Source: Callorhinchus milii
Taxonomy: Eukaryota
NCBI RefSeq assembly: GCF_018977255.1
Contig: NW_024704742.1
Location: forward strand, 21,888,001 to 21,952,000
Direction: 5' to 3'
DNA length: 64,000 nt
Shown: one piece after another, positions 47,601-57,472 of the stretch
How the letters are laid out: the number at the start of each line of letters is the position of its first letter
How positions within the stretch are numbered: the stretch's first letter is position 1
Made by a program: the position numbers and the translations under genes
The notes under the pieces: model-generated
Told to the model about the DNA's origin: nothing
The model's database searches: none
The model's input: only the letters and a program-made list of their open reading frames with translations

Positions 47601-50526
47601 GCTGTGTTATGGATGGCAATGAGGTTATTATACGCAGGAACTGGATGAAGCAGCAGCAATGCTTTCTCCCCCGCCCCCCCACCCCGGTGCCATATTGCAA
47701 GTTAGGTTTTTCAAACAGTGTGGTTAGGAACTGAGGAACTTAATTTTTTTTGAAAAGTGATTTGTTTCTTTTAACTTTCATGTGTATTTAACATTGCAAA
47801 TATTCTTACGAACAAATAAATTGGGGAGGGAATCTACAGGCCCGTTGCACCACAAACACAATATAAGAGGACAGAGTGTTAGTTTCCACAGTTTATTCAA
47901 CAGGAACAGTTTCTGTCTATCCACCGCATGTGGACACTCAAGCAATGGTCATTCCTGCCACAATTGCACAATAGTACCTTGTGCTTTTCCGATCCCGAAC
48001 CTTCTCTTCCTGTGGGTATCATACGCTTGATAGTTTTCTTCCAGGTCCAGATTCCAGCCACATCTAGTTAGGTTCCTGTTTGTTTGAATCCTGCCCATAT
48101 CGAATATACTGTCTCCTTCTTCGTGCCTCCGCAATTTCTGTTTCTTGTTGTTTGCCTGCTCATTCTTCTCTCCCACCTGTCCATCTATTGCCTCTCTCAG
48201 CTTTATCCTGTGTCCTGTCGTGTGCCTGCTGTTGGTGTGTCATCCACACTGAATATCCTTGACAAAAGTTCCGCTTCTTTTTCTCCCTCTTTTTCTTTCC
48301 CTTTCTCTCTCGCCATCTTTTTCTCTCTCCCTTCCCCCTTCTCCCATTCCTATTACCTCTTTCACTTCTCTAAACTGACCAGAAGGACACAGGATTGACT
48401 CTTACCTGGAGAAAGCAGATGGGAGGGTCACAATTTGCCTGTAGGCCTCTGGGCTAGGTAAAGGATAGCCAGTGTACCCCCTCCTGTTGTCAGGGACCCT
48501 GCTGGAAGATACGGCTGTTTTCCAAAATGTCCTGCCGACGCTCCCTTGAAGACCAACAGGTGTGAGTGTCTGTTGAGAGCAGGCTTGGATTCGGCTTTGT
48601 CACCCCACAAGGTGGGACACTCTGCTGAGACACATTGAGAGCTATAGGTCACTTGGGCGAGGTAGCAGAAGGAGTGCATTGAACCGTACCGTAGTAGTGG
48701 GATCAAAGGCAGATGTAGAGGAGTTGGAGTAAAGGGGAGGAAATTGGTGAAGAGGGGGCTGGGGGGAAATCACTAAATATTTAGTCACTCTGAACGATAA
48801 AGTTACGACTTCCACAAAGCGGTGAGTATCGATCGGATGCACAACTTTGGCTTGATGGTTTACTGTAGTGTTCCCGAGTTGTACAGCCTAACGTTTCTTT
48901 CTTTGGTAAACCACTAAGCCTTGTTGTGTGTCCTCTGTTTTACATATCTTTTCTGTATCCAATGCAGAAACCACACTCCAGTTTGGGATTGTGCCAAATT
49001 AATCACAACAGTACCGAATTATAAAGAGGGAATAGTAAGGGAATCCATTCACAAAAAAAAACACTCCGAGGAGATAAGTTTCTAATCGGTGACAATGGTA
49101 AGGAGTTAAGTGACGTTTGGAATACAGTAATTATTTTTGTATTTAAACAAAAATTGCAAAATGAAATCATGTTGTAGCCTGTTCTCACTGCGTTGATTGA
49201 AGCTTTTGATTTCAGGGTCACAAATACTTCCAAATAGTGCTCTATCCAGAAATCTGTCCCCCTACATCTATAAACCCTTAAAATAAGACTACTCCTATTC
49301 TTGTTAAACAGAGAGAGAGAGAGAGAGAGCTCTGCATGATTCAGTAGGTTAGAGGAGCTGGAAAGCTTTCCAAGCAATGAGAATCGATCATTGTGACTAA
49401 AACATCTTTTTCTTTTGTATAGTGGGATTTTTTTCTTCCCTCCTTTTGACGGTAATCACCTTATTGATCAAAGGAAAGAATTTCTAGCAATTGGAACCAG
49501 TTTAGCATGTTTTTAAAAAGCATCTATTCACAATTTAATATTAAAATTTAAATTGATCAGCAACAGAGCTGCCCTTTTTGCCTCTTCTCCACCACCCCCC
49601 TCCCCCCGCCAAACACACACACCACACATACACGCACAACTTTCCTGGTTCTTTAATGTTGCAAGAGTTGTAGCTTGAACAAACATATCTAGGTTTCTAA
49701 TGAGGTTGGGTTTTTTTTTGGCTGTAGGTGCCCATTCTGCATTTACGCCACAAACCGTCCTTCAGCCATGGAGTGCCATTTAAGGACGCATTACAAGATG
49801 GAATTCAAGTGCCGGATCTGCCAGGTGGTGAAAGCCAACCAGCTGGACCTCGAGGTGCACATCCGCGAGCATCGCCTTGGCAACCACTACAAGTGTGACC
49901 AGTGCGGCTACCTGTCCAAGACGGCCAACAAGCTGATCGAGCATGTGCGGGTGCACACCGGCGAGCGCCCTTTTCATTGTGACCAGTGCAGCTACAGCTG
50001 CAAACGCAAAGACAATCTCAACCTCCACAAAAAGCTGAAACACTCACCGCGGCAGACGCTGTGCTGCGACGAGTGCCTCTTCACCACCACCCATCCCTTC
50101 GTCTTCAGCCGCCACGTGAAGAAGCACCAGAGCTTGGACTACCTGGAGGAGAGGAAGGCTCAGCCGCTGGCCAGGAAAGGAGGCGACGCTCTGGCCAACA
50201 GCAACTGGAGCCTCCTATCTCCGCTGTCGGTGATGTCGGCGTCCCAGGCTTTGCAGAGCGTGGCTCTGTCGGTCACCGGCAATAATGGGATTACTCCGGG
50301 ATCAGCACTTGGCTTGTTTGGCCTGAACGGTATTTCTGCGCACCTCAATAAATACAGGAACTGTGATCTGACACACCTTATCCCACTGACTACATTGTTC
50401 CCACACAGCAGGTGTGAAGCTACATTCCATTCCCCTCGTCCACAGACAGCTCCCCCGGATACTGGAACCCCAAAACACTCCTTCTTGGCTTACCTTGGCC
50501 TGACTGAACGGGCAGACACAGTCTAG
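4062..50526 (+). CDS. ZNF827: Zinc finger protein 827(-like), 5'-partial, 12 coding exons: 4062-4234, 6483-6981, 11294-11533, 29062-29307, 34107-34164, 34988-35079, 37464-37601, 38470-38641, 38943-39109, 40704-40934, 45449-45626, 49728-50526
   Basis: Peptides match ZNF827 as I recall it ([117 protein letters not shown]). All 11 introns are GT-AG with compatible phases. Exons sum to 2993 nt, giving one open frame to TAG at 50524-50526. Orthologue versus paralogue is not resolved. Confidence 0.93.
5641..5666. repeat. (TG)n microsatellite
   Basis: Visible directly. Confidence 0.9.
6483..6981 (+). CDS. ZNF827: ZNF827 exon B: finger 3, VKEE motifs, first FSQDIS repeat
   Basis: Acceptor cagcag|GTT; donor TCAG|gtactt; phase 0 to 1; inside ORF 6447-7037. 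Confidence 0.92.
7270..7480 (-). mobile_element. 5'-truncated L2 LINE, young subfamily A
   Basis: Nearly identical to 61780-61990; (CAA)n tail on + strand. Confidence 0.9.
9085..9281 (+). mobile_element. DeuSINE, 5'-truncated
   Basis: ctgtttgtgggacac Deu core and (att)n tail. Confidence 0.8.
11294..11533 (+). CDS. ZNF827: ZNF827 exon C (AANQ...[18 protein letters not shown])
   Basis: Acceptor aacag|CT; donor TCAG|gtatag; phase 1 to 1. Confidence 0.9.
12930..13110 (+). mobile_element. DeuSINE, 5'-truncated
   Basis: Deu core and tail. Confidence 0.82.
14217..14665 (+). mobile_element. Full-length SacSINE1-like DeuSINE (type A)
   Basis: tRNA-like head with A box tggctcagttgg and B box ggttcaagtc; Deu domain ttcggatgagatgttgaaccgaggtcctgtctgcc...; L2-type tail. 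Confidence 0.85.
15700..16526 (+). mobile_element. L2 LINE remnant with large internal deletions
   Basis: RT-upstream motifs, ANFLQL and LFDRAF peptides, (ttg)n tail. Confidence 0.85.
16560..16769 (-). mobile_element. Type A DeuSINE 5' half
   Basis: Reverse complement of type A head and 5' Deu domain. Confidence 0.7.
16778..17055 (+). mobile_element. Short tRNA-head DeuSINE (type B)
   Basis: gagtcctgtagctcagtggttagagcactcgc head; tail ...aaggattattatt. Confidence 0.85.
17160..17560 (-). mobile_element. Degenerate CR1 LINE 3' fragment
   Basis: Minus-strand peptide IQKRFIR...TYEEKLEK typical of the CR1 ORF2 C-terminus; tagaatcgtatagc end. Confidence 0.65.
20512..20824 (+). mobile_element. 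Full-length type B DeuSINE
   Basis: A box tagctcagtgg, B box ggttcaattcc, 3' Deu core, L2-like tail. Confidence 0.88.
21418..22155 (-). mobile_element. L2 LINE subfamily B inserted into a + strand DeuSINE (about 21300-21417 and 22157-22255)
   Basis: [10 protein letters not shown] motif, [22 protein letters not shown] sequence resumes after the element. Confidence 0.9.
22687..23050 (-). mobile_element. Type A DeuSINE truncated by the adjacent L2
   Basis: Reverse-complement tail, Deu domain and part of the head. Confidence 0.7.
23050..24700 (+). mobile_element. L2 LINE subfamily C with a nested subfamily B copy at 23969-24374
   Basis: [21 protein letters not shown] motifs with frameshifts; two separate (ttg)n tails; TAAACC duplicated around the insert. 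Confidence 0.9.
26000..26382 (+). mobile_element. Type B DeuSINE, longer variant with a duplicated tail
   Basis: Same head and body as 20512, plus about 57 extra bp. Confidence 0.82.
26872..27140 (-). mobile_element. Type B DeuSINE
   Basis: Reverse complement of the 20512 copy. Confidence 0.85.
27553..27722. mobile_element. Short Tc1/mariner-pogo-type MITE, related to 39427-39830
   Basis: Ends CAGTAAAACTC.../...GAGGTTTACTG-TA; shares taactcatactttgcataagtca with the longer copy. Confidence 0.7.
29062..29307 (+). CDS. ZNF827: ZNF827 exon D (AENKK...IKQEP...[18 protein letters not shown])
   Basis: Polypyrimidine tract and aacag|CT; donor TCAG|gtacct; phase 1 to 1. Confidence 0.9.
29985..30183 (+). 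mobile_element. DeuSINE, 5'-truncated; an opposite-strand tail follows to about 30275
   Basis: Deu core and tail. Confidence 0.75.
31898..33090 (-). mobile_element. L2 LINE subfamily B, 5'-truncated and disrupted
   Basis: RT domain to 3' end; same 3' UTR and tail as the 21418 copy. Confidence 0.9.
34107..34164 (+). CDS. ZNF827: ZNF827 exon E ([19 protein letters not shown]), 58 nt, absent from the ORF track
   Basis: Acceptor ctcttccag|AA; donor AG|gtgagt; phase 1 to 2; EKVSK follows QLS as in ZNF827. Confidence 0.88.
34988..35079 (+). CDS. ZNF827: ZNF827 exon F ([30 protein letters not shown])
   Basis: Acceptor ttgcag|T; donor AAG|gtatgt; phase 2 to 1. Confidence 0.87.
35620..37300 (-). 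mobile_element. Old L2 LINE broken by a - strand SINE (about 35665-35815) and a + strand L2 (about 36120-37130)
   Basis: APALWNSIP end near 35630; host resumes at about 37135 with [13 protein letters not shown] on the - strand. Confidence 0.75.
36120..37132 (+). mobile_element. L2 LINE, subfamily B-like, 5'-truncated
   Basis: [27 protein letters not shown] motifs and a ttg-rich tail. Confidence 0.88.
37464..37601 (+). CDS. ZNF827: ZNF827 exon G: C2H2 finger CKVC...HLSLH
   Basis: Acceptor ttgcag|AA; donor CAG|gtaagg; phase 1 to 1. Confidence 0.92.
38092..38350 (-). mobile_element. Type B DeuSINE, little diverged, following a CR1 3' fragment (about 37860-38090)
   Basis: Reverse complement of the type B body and tail. 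Confidence 0.85.
38470..38641 (+). CDS. ZNF827: ZNF827 exon H: C2H2 finger CHLC...HLTIH
   Basis: Acceptor ttttgcag|AT; donor CAG|gtaaag; phase 1 to 2. Confidence 0.92.
38943..39109 (+). CDS. ZNF827: ZNF827 exon I: two fingers ([43 protein letters not shown]), absent from the ORF track
   Basis: Acceptor ttgcag|C; donor GAG|gtaact; phase 2 to 1; translated by hand. Confidence 0.92.
39427..39830. mobile_element. Tc1/mariner-pogo-type MITE
   Basis: TIRs CAGTAAAACTCGCATAAGT and CAGTAAAACTGACATAAGT (17/19), TA on both sides. Confidence 0.85.
40140..40318 (+). mobile_element. DeuSINE, 5'-truncated
   Basis: Deu core and tail. Confidence 0.8.
40704..40934 (+). CDS. ZNF827: ZNF827 exon J: Ser-rich linker ending SEEKAEK
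   Basis: Acceptor ttctacag|AT; donor AAG|gtgagg; phase 1 to 1. Confidence 0.87.
41376..41476. repeat. 50-bp tandem duplication, two copies
   Basis: ttgaggatac(a/g)agcagag...tctagccagcctgctgttacttttgg at 41376 and 41426. Confidence 0.9.
42460..42926 (+). mobile_element. Type A DeuSINE with two tandem 3' tails
   Basis: Head tggctcagttggtagcactctc, Deu domain, tails ending near 42855 and 42926. Confidence 0.82.
43560..43980 (-). mobile_element. Two adjacent DeuSINE fragments
   Basis: Reverse-complement tails near 43585 and 43876. Confidence 0.65.
45165..45365. repeat. Degenerate compound (TG)/(TC) microsatellite
   Basis: Visible directly; explains low-complexity ORFs at 45070-45690. Confidence 0.85.
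45449..45626 (+). CDS. ZNF827: ZNF827 exon K: two fingers (FECVFC...HLQIH; YECDVC...HKKCH), absent from the ORF track
   Basis: Acceptor ttttgcag|GT; donor CAA|gtaagg; phase 1 to 2; translated by hand. Confidence 0.92.
47100..47445 (+). mobile_element. Degenerate L2 3' end
   Basis: [14 protein letters not shown] peptide and L2 tail. Confidence 0.75.
49728..50526 (+). CDS. ZNF827: ZNF827 terminal coding exon L: five C2H2 fingers and a tail ending [14 protein letters not shown]
   Basis: T-tract and ctgtag|G acceptor; phase 2 joins exon K as AA|G=K to give [22 protein letters not shown]; includes an HTGERPF linker. Confidence 0.9.
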
Positions 50527-51660
50527 GTTTCAGCCACCGGGCGAAGAGTCGGGTTTTCGTTTGCTGCAATACAGATTTTTTTTCCCCCTCAAAACTTGTT
50601 TTAATATTGTAAAAGAGTAGGATGTGTAGAAGTGGCTGTAAATGCTTCTTGTATTCATAGAAGTGCTGCTTTAATTATACATAAAAGTACTTAACTGTCC
50701 ATATTGTATGGAACCCCCCCAAGTATTGGAAGGAGGTAGTTGGACCCTGGGCTGCAATGATGCCCAGGCTAAATAAAAAAACAGAGAAAAGGAGTATGTG
50801 ATGAGGCAGAATTTTGCACAATGCTTAGTCTTGCACATTTTTGTGTTACTTAAAGTACGTTTTCATTTTCTACCTAGTGTTACTAAAATCAAAGCAGCAG
50901 TATATTGACTAAATTTGATCAGCGCAATAGTGATCTGTCATGTTTATTTGACAAACTACCATTAGCACTTTGAAAGATGCATGACATTGGTGACTCATGT
51001 TTTCCGCATTCATCATCTCCAAACTCTGGACTGGCACATTGACGTTTTTTGCATTTAATGCAGTTTTTTTTTAAAAAAAAGGTCTCTGCACTATATTTGG
51101 AGTTCATCTTCAGACACACAATTCAGTTCCAGTGTTTGTTTTTTAGGTTGTTTTATTTGGTTGAAAATGCAGCATTGTTTTTCAGTATTTTTGGCTTCAA
51201 GTGTAGGTGCTGTGTATATATAAGGCTTTGCTGCATTTAAAAAAAAGCTGTAAAAGGGCTGTTTGTGACAGTGATTGGCACTTAGATTTTTCGCTGTATT
51301 TCATGTTCAGTTGCATTACCCAATGCCTAGTGTAACTTGCAGTGTACTCAAAATAAATCTGCATTATTTTGGTTTCCTAGTGCTCATCTTTTTCCTTTTC
51401 AAATGTATCCTTCCCTTCCCACCACCCACACCCCCGGGAAGTACTGTATACAATTGGTTTCCTCTTGTCTTTTGCAGAAGGTTTTTTTTTTCTTTTGATT
51501 GCTCTAGTTAGACAAGAATCTAAAATCTAAATTAAAATCTACTCAGCGACCAGAACAATGATATGCGATCACTACACAAAGCTTCCGCAGTAGGAAATGT
51601 CCTGGTTTAAACACACGGAAAGCCGACAATAAATGTGTGCGGAAGGCATGCAAACTATTT
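50527..51660 (+). other. Probable 3' UTR with candidate polyadenylation signals
   Basis: AT-rich, no recognisable TE; AATAAA at 50772, 51352 and 51628, the last followed by GT/T-rich sequence. The true end is unknown. Confidence 0.5.
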
Positions 51661-52854
51661 TGGGATTTTATTATGTTTGGTAATTTCTATTTCCGACTGG
51701 CTTTTTTTTTCATCCGCTGGTTTTAGCCTGGTTCCGAACCTTGTGTAATAGTTGCACTGTCCTGTGTTGAATGAAACGGCCAATAGAAAATGTGGTTAAT
51801 CTCAGGGGAAGATTAGCGGGTATGGTAGCATTTGTGTTCTCTGAATAGGAGTGCTCTATTCTCAAACTTAATTTGTACAGAACTTGCTGATGCGAGGCAC
51901 CCAAAATATTTTCATTGAAAAAGCAGTCTTGCAGCGGGTGGGGGGGTCAGTCGTAGATTGGAGTCAACTCCTCGTACATTGATATATTGGCGAGATGTTC
52001 ATAGGCTTCCCCGCAGCAAACTTACTTTACATCCTAAAGATGCTTTGTCTGGTATGTGACTTATTTATCCTGACGTTTTTCCCTGACGACCGCTTTCTCA
52101 ACCCCGACACCTCACTTGTCAGTAAATAGGTGTAAAGAGTACTCCATGTTACAAATGGTACTTTTTTTTTAAATTCATGCACTTTTATAACTTAGCTGTC
52201 GATTTTTTTTTAATGTTTTCCATTAACATGACATTCCTGGCTCTCGGTTTAACACTCCAAGCTTTTCCCAATGAGTCGTTGGCTCCTAGCCTTCATAAAC
52301 TTTTGCCATGAAAAGGATTTGTTTTGTAAATAGTCAACGATTCTATTTCTTAATTTGAACTTGCTGCCCAAATTCACAGCTATTTGGACGATGATGGCTG
52401 TTTGAAAGAGCAATCTATTCAGTCCCATTCAGCTAGCTACCCGTTCCCCATACCCTTTCAAGACTCCATATTAGACACCTATCAGAAAATTCAAGAGGTA
52501 ACTAGACGTATTTCTGAAATAAAGAAGGCATTGATGATGAGGAGGCAGACAGCTGGGATTGAGAATTATCCTTAAAGGATTTCTTGACTTATTTGACTTT
52601 ATTTAATTTCAACATTACTTTCAGAATGAACTATGGACAAGGGGTGAGGGAGGGAGATAAGTTGTAAAATTCAAAATGTATGTTGTTTTCATATTCAAAA
52701 TAATTGTTAGAATGGAGATCGGAAGTGGTTTTTGAAGCACTCATTAGGCTTCCTATATCCTGGCGCCAATAGAGGAAAACTCTAATAGCAAATTGATTTT
52801 AGCATTGCTCCTGGGTGGCAAAGATTTCTACTCTCTAATTGGCATTATGTAGAA

Positions 52855-53344
52855 CAGTGTGTCCAACACGCGGTCCGTGGGCCACAACCAGCCCTCTGCT
52901 TGATATTATCCGGCCCGAGACCATTTCCAACATTCTAACTTTCTTTCCCTCCCTCCCTCCCTCCCTCCCTGGTGATCGTCCTCCCTTGGCAGCGGCAGGA
53001 GCTGGCGGTTGGCAAGATGCAGTGCGGAGAGTGGAAATAACACCGGTCGTTGCTGCAGTGTTACAGGAAACCTCTCCCTCCCGAGCTGAGTGAGGGGATT
53101 CCTGAAAGGCAAGCGAGTCTCCTTGTCCACCACGTCCTTAGCAACCACTAGATCCTGCCGCTGCAGATAGTGAGAGATGCGTGTGAGAGTGTGTGTGTGC
53201 ATACGTGTGCGTGTGTGTATGTGAGAAAGGGGGGAGAAAGAGTGATTGAGAGGGAGAGAGCAGAGAGAGATTGAGAGAGTGTGAGAAGGGAATTCCCAAA
53301 TAGGTAATCTAGCCACGGCAGCCAAAAGGTTGGACCCCCTTCTG
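52855..53344. mobile_element. Non-autonomous hAT (Charlie-like) DNA transposon
   Basis: Perfect 8-bp TSD ATGTAGAA (52847-52854 and 53345-53352); imperfect TIRs CAG..GTCCAAC / GTTGGAC..CTG; GC-rich subterminal motifs. Confidence 0.85.
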
Positions 53345-53349
53345 ATGTA

Positions 53350-54830
53350 GAACATAAGAATGTTATAATGAGAAATAAAGCCGAACAAGCTATAGAAATT
53401 CTTTTTGATAATTCCCAATCCCAGCTGTCTCCCCACTCACCGTTTGCATCAATCTCCTTTATTTCCAGAAATGCATCTACTGTAGATGCCTTTTGACTCC
53501 TTCCTGCTCTTCCCTGATAACTTACTGCACATGTCTATTAATCATACAATAAGAACATTTCACCTGACTTCCCTGCTTTCTAACTTACTATTTTTGGTGA
53601 GTGTCTCCTGGTATTTGAAAACATCTTACTGAACATGTTATTTACCTGGAACAATATGGTCTAAATTCATAATCTCGAAAATATCTTAAAGATCACCTCT
53701 TTTCTAAGGTGAAATCATCTAAAACCTTTATAACTTAGATTCCGAATCTCGGTTGTTTCTCTGTAACTGATCAAAGGTACTGATACCCTTCCTTGTGCAA
53801 AAATGCACGTAGTGTTTGAGATGGACCCTGATCATTATAAATATAGTCTCTTGACCAGCATTTCTCTGGTAATGCAACCCTGTAACTTATTTGCCATTTC
53901 TACTCTTACAAAGCATTAGGCTGACTGATTCATCGATTTATCCACAATAACTTCTAGATCTCTTTCCCAATCAGAGCAATGCATGACCGGTCCATTGATA
54001 TCTACTTTATTTTGCTTCCTTGCTCCGACACTTAATTATTTCCCCTTGTCCAGATTAAACCACGTCTGTCCAGTTACCGAAAAGATCGAAATCTTCTGAA
54101 TCCGATTATGTTCGTATCACTTGCTCTGCCTCCTAATATTTTTTTGGCTTCTTCCCCGCTCCCCTCCTGCGCTCCCCCCCCCCCCCCCCCCACCCCAGCT
54201 CAGGTGTGTTAAGCGCTTTGAGATGTCCTTCCAATATGAAAAAAGGAAAGAAACGTAAGCAATATTTTGTGTTTGTCAGATCCCATCCCCAGCTCTGGTG
54301 TCAAGCATTTTGAAACAGCTTCCTGACACGAAAGGTGCTATGTAAATTGGATTTTAATATATTTTGCAAACTTGGGGATTTGCAAAAGATAAATGTATCC
54401 AAGTTTGCATTAAGAACTGCAACATGGTATCCTGCTCATTAACCTCTTTCCAACCTGAAATGTTCCCATTTATGATTGCCCTGTTGCATGTTTTTAAGCC
54501 AATTTTCTAGCTAACAACCTACTTTATCCACCACCACCTCCAACCATAACTATTTGATCCATTAACTGCTGATGTAGAACGTTTTCTAAGATATACTGAA
54601 GATACAAATGTATAATTTGAACTGCATTTCCTTTATCCCACCATTATCAGTGACATCTTCAAATAATTTTTTAGCAGGTTGGTTAAAGGTGATCTCTGTT
54701 TCCTGAATGCCTGTTGATAACAAGTTAATGTTTGCCATGTGTTCACCTACTACATCCCAGAAAATTATTTCAAACGATTTTCCGTAAGACTGATATCAAG
54801 CTTATTAGCCGTTCAGATTGACTGGTGAAT
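53350..54830 (-). mobile_element. Highly degenerate CR1-like LINE, interrupted by L2 tails near 54130-54360
   Basis: agaacataagaa-type end and residual CR1 RT-like sequence; boundaries approximate. Confidence 0.5.
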
Positions 54831-55719
54831 TGTTTGAATCGTGTTAAATTGTTAAACGATGTTATTGCTCAATAAAAAAACTTAAGTTACCTACTTTCCA
54901 TTCCTCACGTATCTGTTCCAAATTCAGCAGATGTATGATATATTTGATTTTTCCCCACCTTTCACCAGCCTCCTTTAAGGCTGGAAGCTGCAAGTACTTC
55001 AGACCCGGTATGGTGCTTTAAGACTTGCTAGTGTTTGTGTTTGTGTGTGTGTTTATACATATATATATATATATATGTATTGGCTTGTGAGCAATCTTGT
55101 AGGTACAACAAATTAATGGCGCCATCTAGCTGAGATTGGGAAAAGCGTGTCCTCTAAACAGTACTACTTTTATGAAAATGTAATACTCTATAAGGGAAGT
55201 GTAAGCTGATTTGCCAGATTCCAAGTGTCTAACCTGATGATACATTATTGGCATCTTTCTCACAAGATCCAATTGCGGGAGTTCTTTGCTTTTCTCCCAA
55301 AAAGGCCCTAATGTAAATGAACAATGCTCATTTGCAGTGAATCTTTCCAGTGTTCACAAAAAGATTTTACCCTCTTCTACCCTCCCAGTACACCCAGTAA
55401 CCTTGCGGAAACCGGAGACAATTAACAATGGCTCCAGACAGTATGTACTCTGAATGTGGGCATTTTTTTTTGTTGAATCTTACAAGATTTTGCCAAATAT
55501 GTTTACTGTATTAAACTTTGGTACTGGTGTATAACGGATACTTCTAAGTAAATTGCAAGACATTCATCTAATTGAGGGGTTCTATTGACTTCCTATAAAC
55601 AATAACTTTAGAATCCAAGTCATAAATCTAACAGACCTTCATGTAAAATCCTTTTTGTGCTCTGTGATTTCCGAATGAAATTAGTGAACTTCACTAACAA
55701 AGAAAATCATAAGCAACAA

Positions 55720-55973
55720 GCTCTGGGTTCGATTTCCGGTAGGGTGAAACCTCGGGCAAGTTTCCTCTACTCCACGCACCTGATGATAATCCCTCAAAAA
55801 AACAATAATAAATTGGTCATTTCATTCCCCGACTGTTTGTGGGACACTGCTCTGCACAATTGGCTGCTGCATTTCGCCCACAGTCAATTCACTTTACAGT
55901 CTATTCTGTGAAGTGCTTTGAGACGTCTAGAAGATATGAAAAGCGCTATATCAAATCTAAGGATTATTATTAT
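55720..55973 (+). mobile_element. Type B DeuSINE lacking the A box
   Basis: B box ggttcgattt, body and tail. Confidence 0.83.
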
Positions 55974-57061
55974 CAGACTAGTGCTTCTTTTTGTTTTACA
56001 AAATAAGACACAAGAGGTTTGTTTTAAATCTGGCACAGAATAGGACAGAACTATTTCCTTGAGGGACTAATGAATAAAAATAACTGAAATAAAACAATTG
56101 CCTGTTATCAAGCTAGTTAATAATTAACCCAGCGTCACAACTGAGACAAGGCAACAGTGGTTGAAAATTATCACAAGCCCATCATAAAACAATAGAATTA
56201 GAAGTAAACTTTAGAATTGAAAAGACAAGTGACCCAATTTCAAGGGTTAGGTGATGTACAATGGGTTTAGAGAAAATCAATAGAGAGTGCTGCTAACTGA
56301 GGCTTAGGCTGACATACATGACTATTATTATCATAAGTCGCAAATATCCATTAAGAGGTAGAGGAGTTTCCTGCTTGCCATTGCAGTCTTTTTAAAAATA
56401 TATATATGTAACAGGTTCCTAGCAGATTGTAAAGTTTTTTTACAACCCACTTGGGAGAATTTTTCAGCATTCAATTTGCTTAAATGATCTTTTCTACACT
56501 TCCATTCAGCAATAAAGGATGGATTAAACAGGCCTGCCATGTTCCTGAAGATGATTATGGATTTTCAGGCAAATGTTCCCTCTATGTTTAAGCCCATCTT
56601 CCTATAACTTTACACCCTCATCATCTTTGTGAACCTACTTTGTACCCTCTCAAGGCACTGAGGTCCTTTGTCTAATGCGGCATCCAAAACTGTGCGTCAA
56701 AACTGTATCTAAATACAGCCAATGTCTAGTAGAAATTTAGCTTCTCTTCTATTGAATATTTGCTCATACTTATTAGAGCCTTTACTATCTGTATTCAAGT
56801 CTTTAAAGACCTACATATCTGCAGCACTCCGAGATCTCTGTTCTGCAACATTCAATAAAAACTATGCCATTTATGATATATTATACTTCTTTGTTCTCCA
56901 CCTGGAAAAACAGTCATTGCACCTGACAGTAACATACTTGGGTTTGAGACTATTTTGCCATAGTAATGTACTTTAGAAATGCAAGTTTTTAAAATGCCTA
57001 CATAAGTTATTTTATAGAATTGTAGCTCCAAGTCATGAAATTCTTTGAAATTACAGTATTA

Positions 57062-57472
57062 CAGTCCTACCCAGTTACATCGACATGTCATGGACCATTT
57101 TAAGTTATGTCAACATAAGCAAAGAATAGATATTCTGTGATTAAAATTTCTGTACCATGTATTTACATGTATTTTCATTGATTTATTCAAAAAAAGTCAT
57201 ATATTTAATTAAAATTCATGAACCATTTATTTCCGTTACCTTATTTACAAAAATTGTGTTAACTTGTTTAGCAAAATCGGCATGTAAGTTTAAAAAAAAG
57301 TCATGTAAGAGTACACTGCCGACATAAGTGATAATAAACAATGCCTTTAACACTTTAGGGACGTAAACAATTTGCCACATAAGTGTGCCGGAGAAGGGAC
57401 CAGGACTTAACTTATTTATCAATATAAATAGGATTTTGACATAAACCGGTTCAAGATGAGTGGGTAGGACTG
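57062..57472. mobile_element. Tigger/pogo-like MITE, second family
   Basis: Perfect 12-bp TIR CAGTCCTACCCA / TGGGTAGGACTG, TA on both sides. Confidence 0.8.

Noticed and set aside
49768..50526. 252-aa ORF as a stand-alone zinc-finger gene
   Set aside because: Its ATG lies inside a finger whose CPFC is upstream, and a phase-compatible acceptor at 49727 links it to exon K
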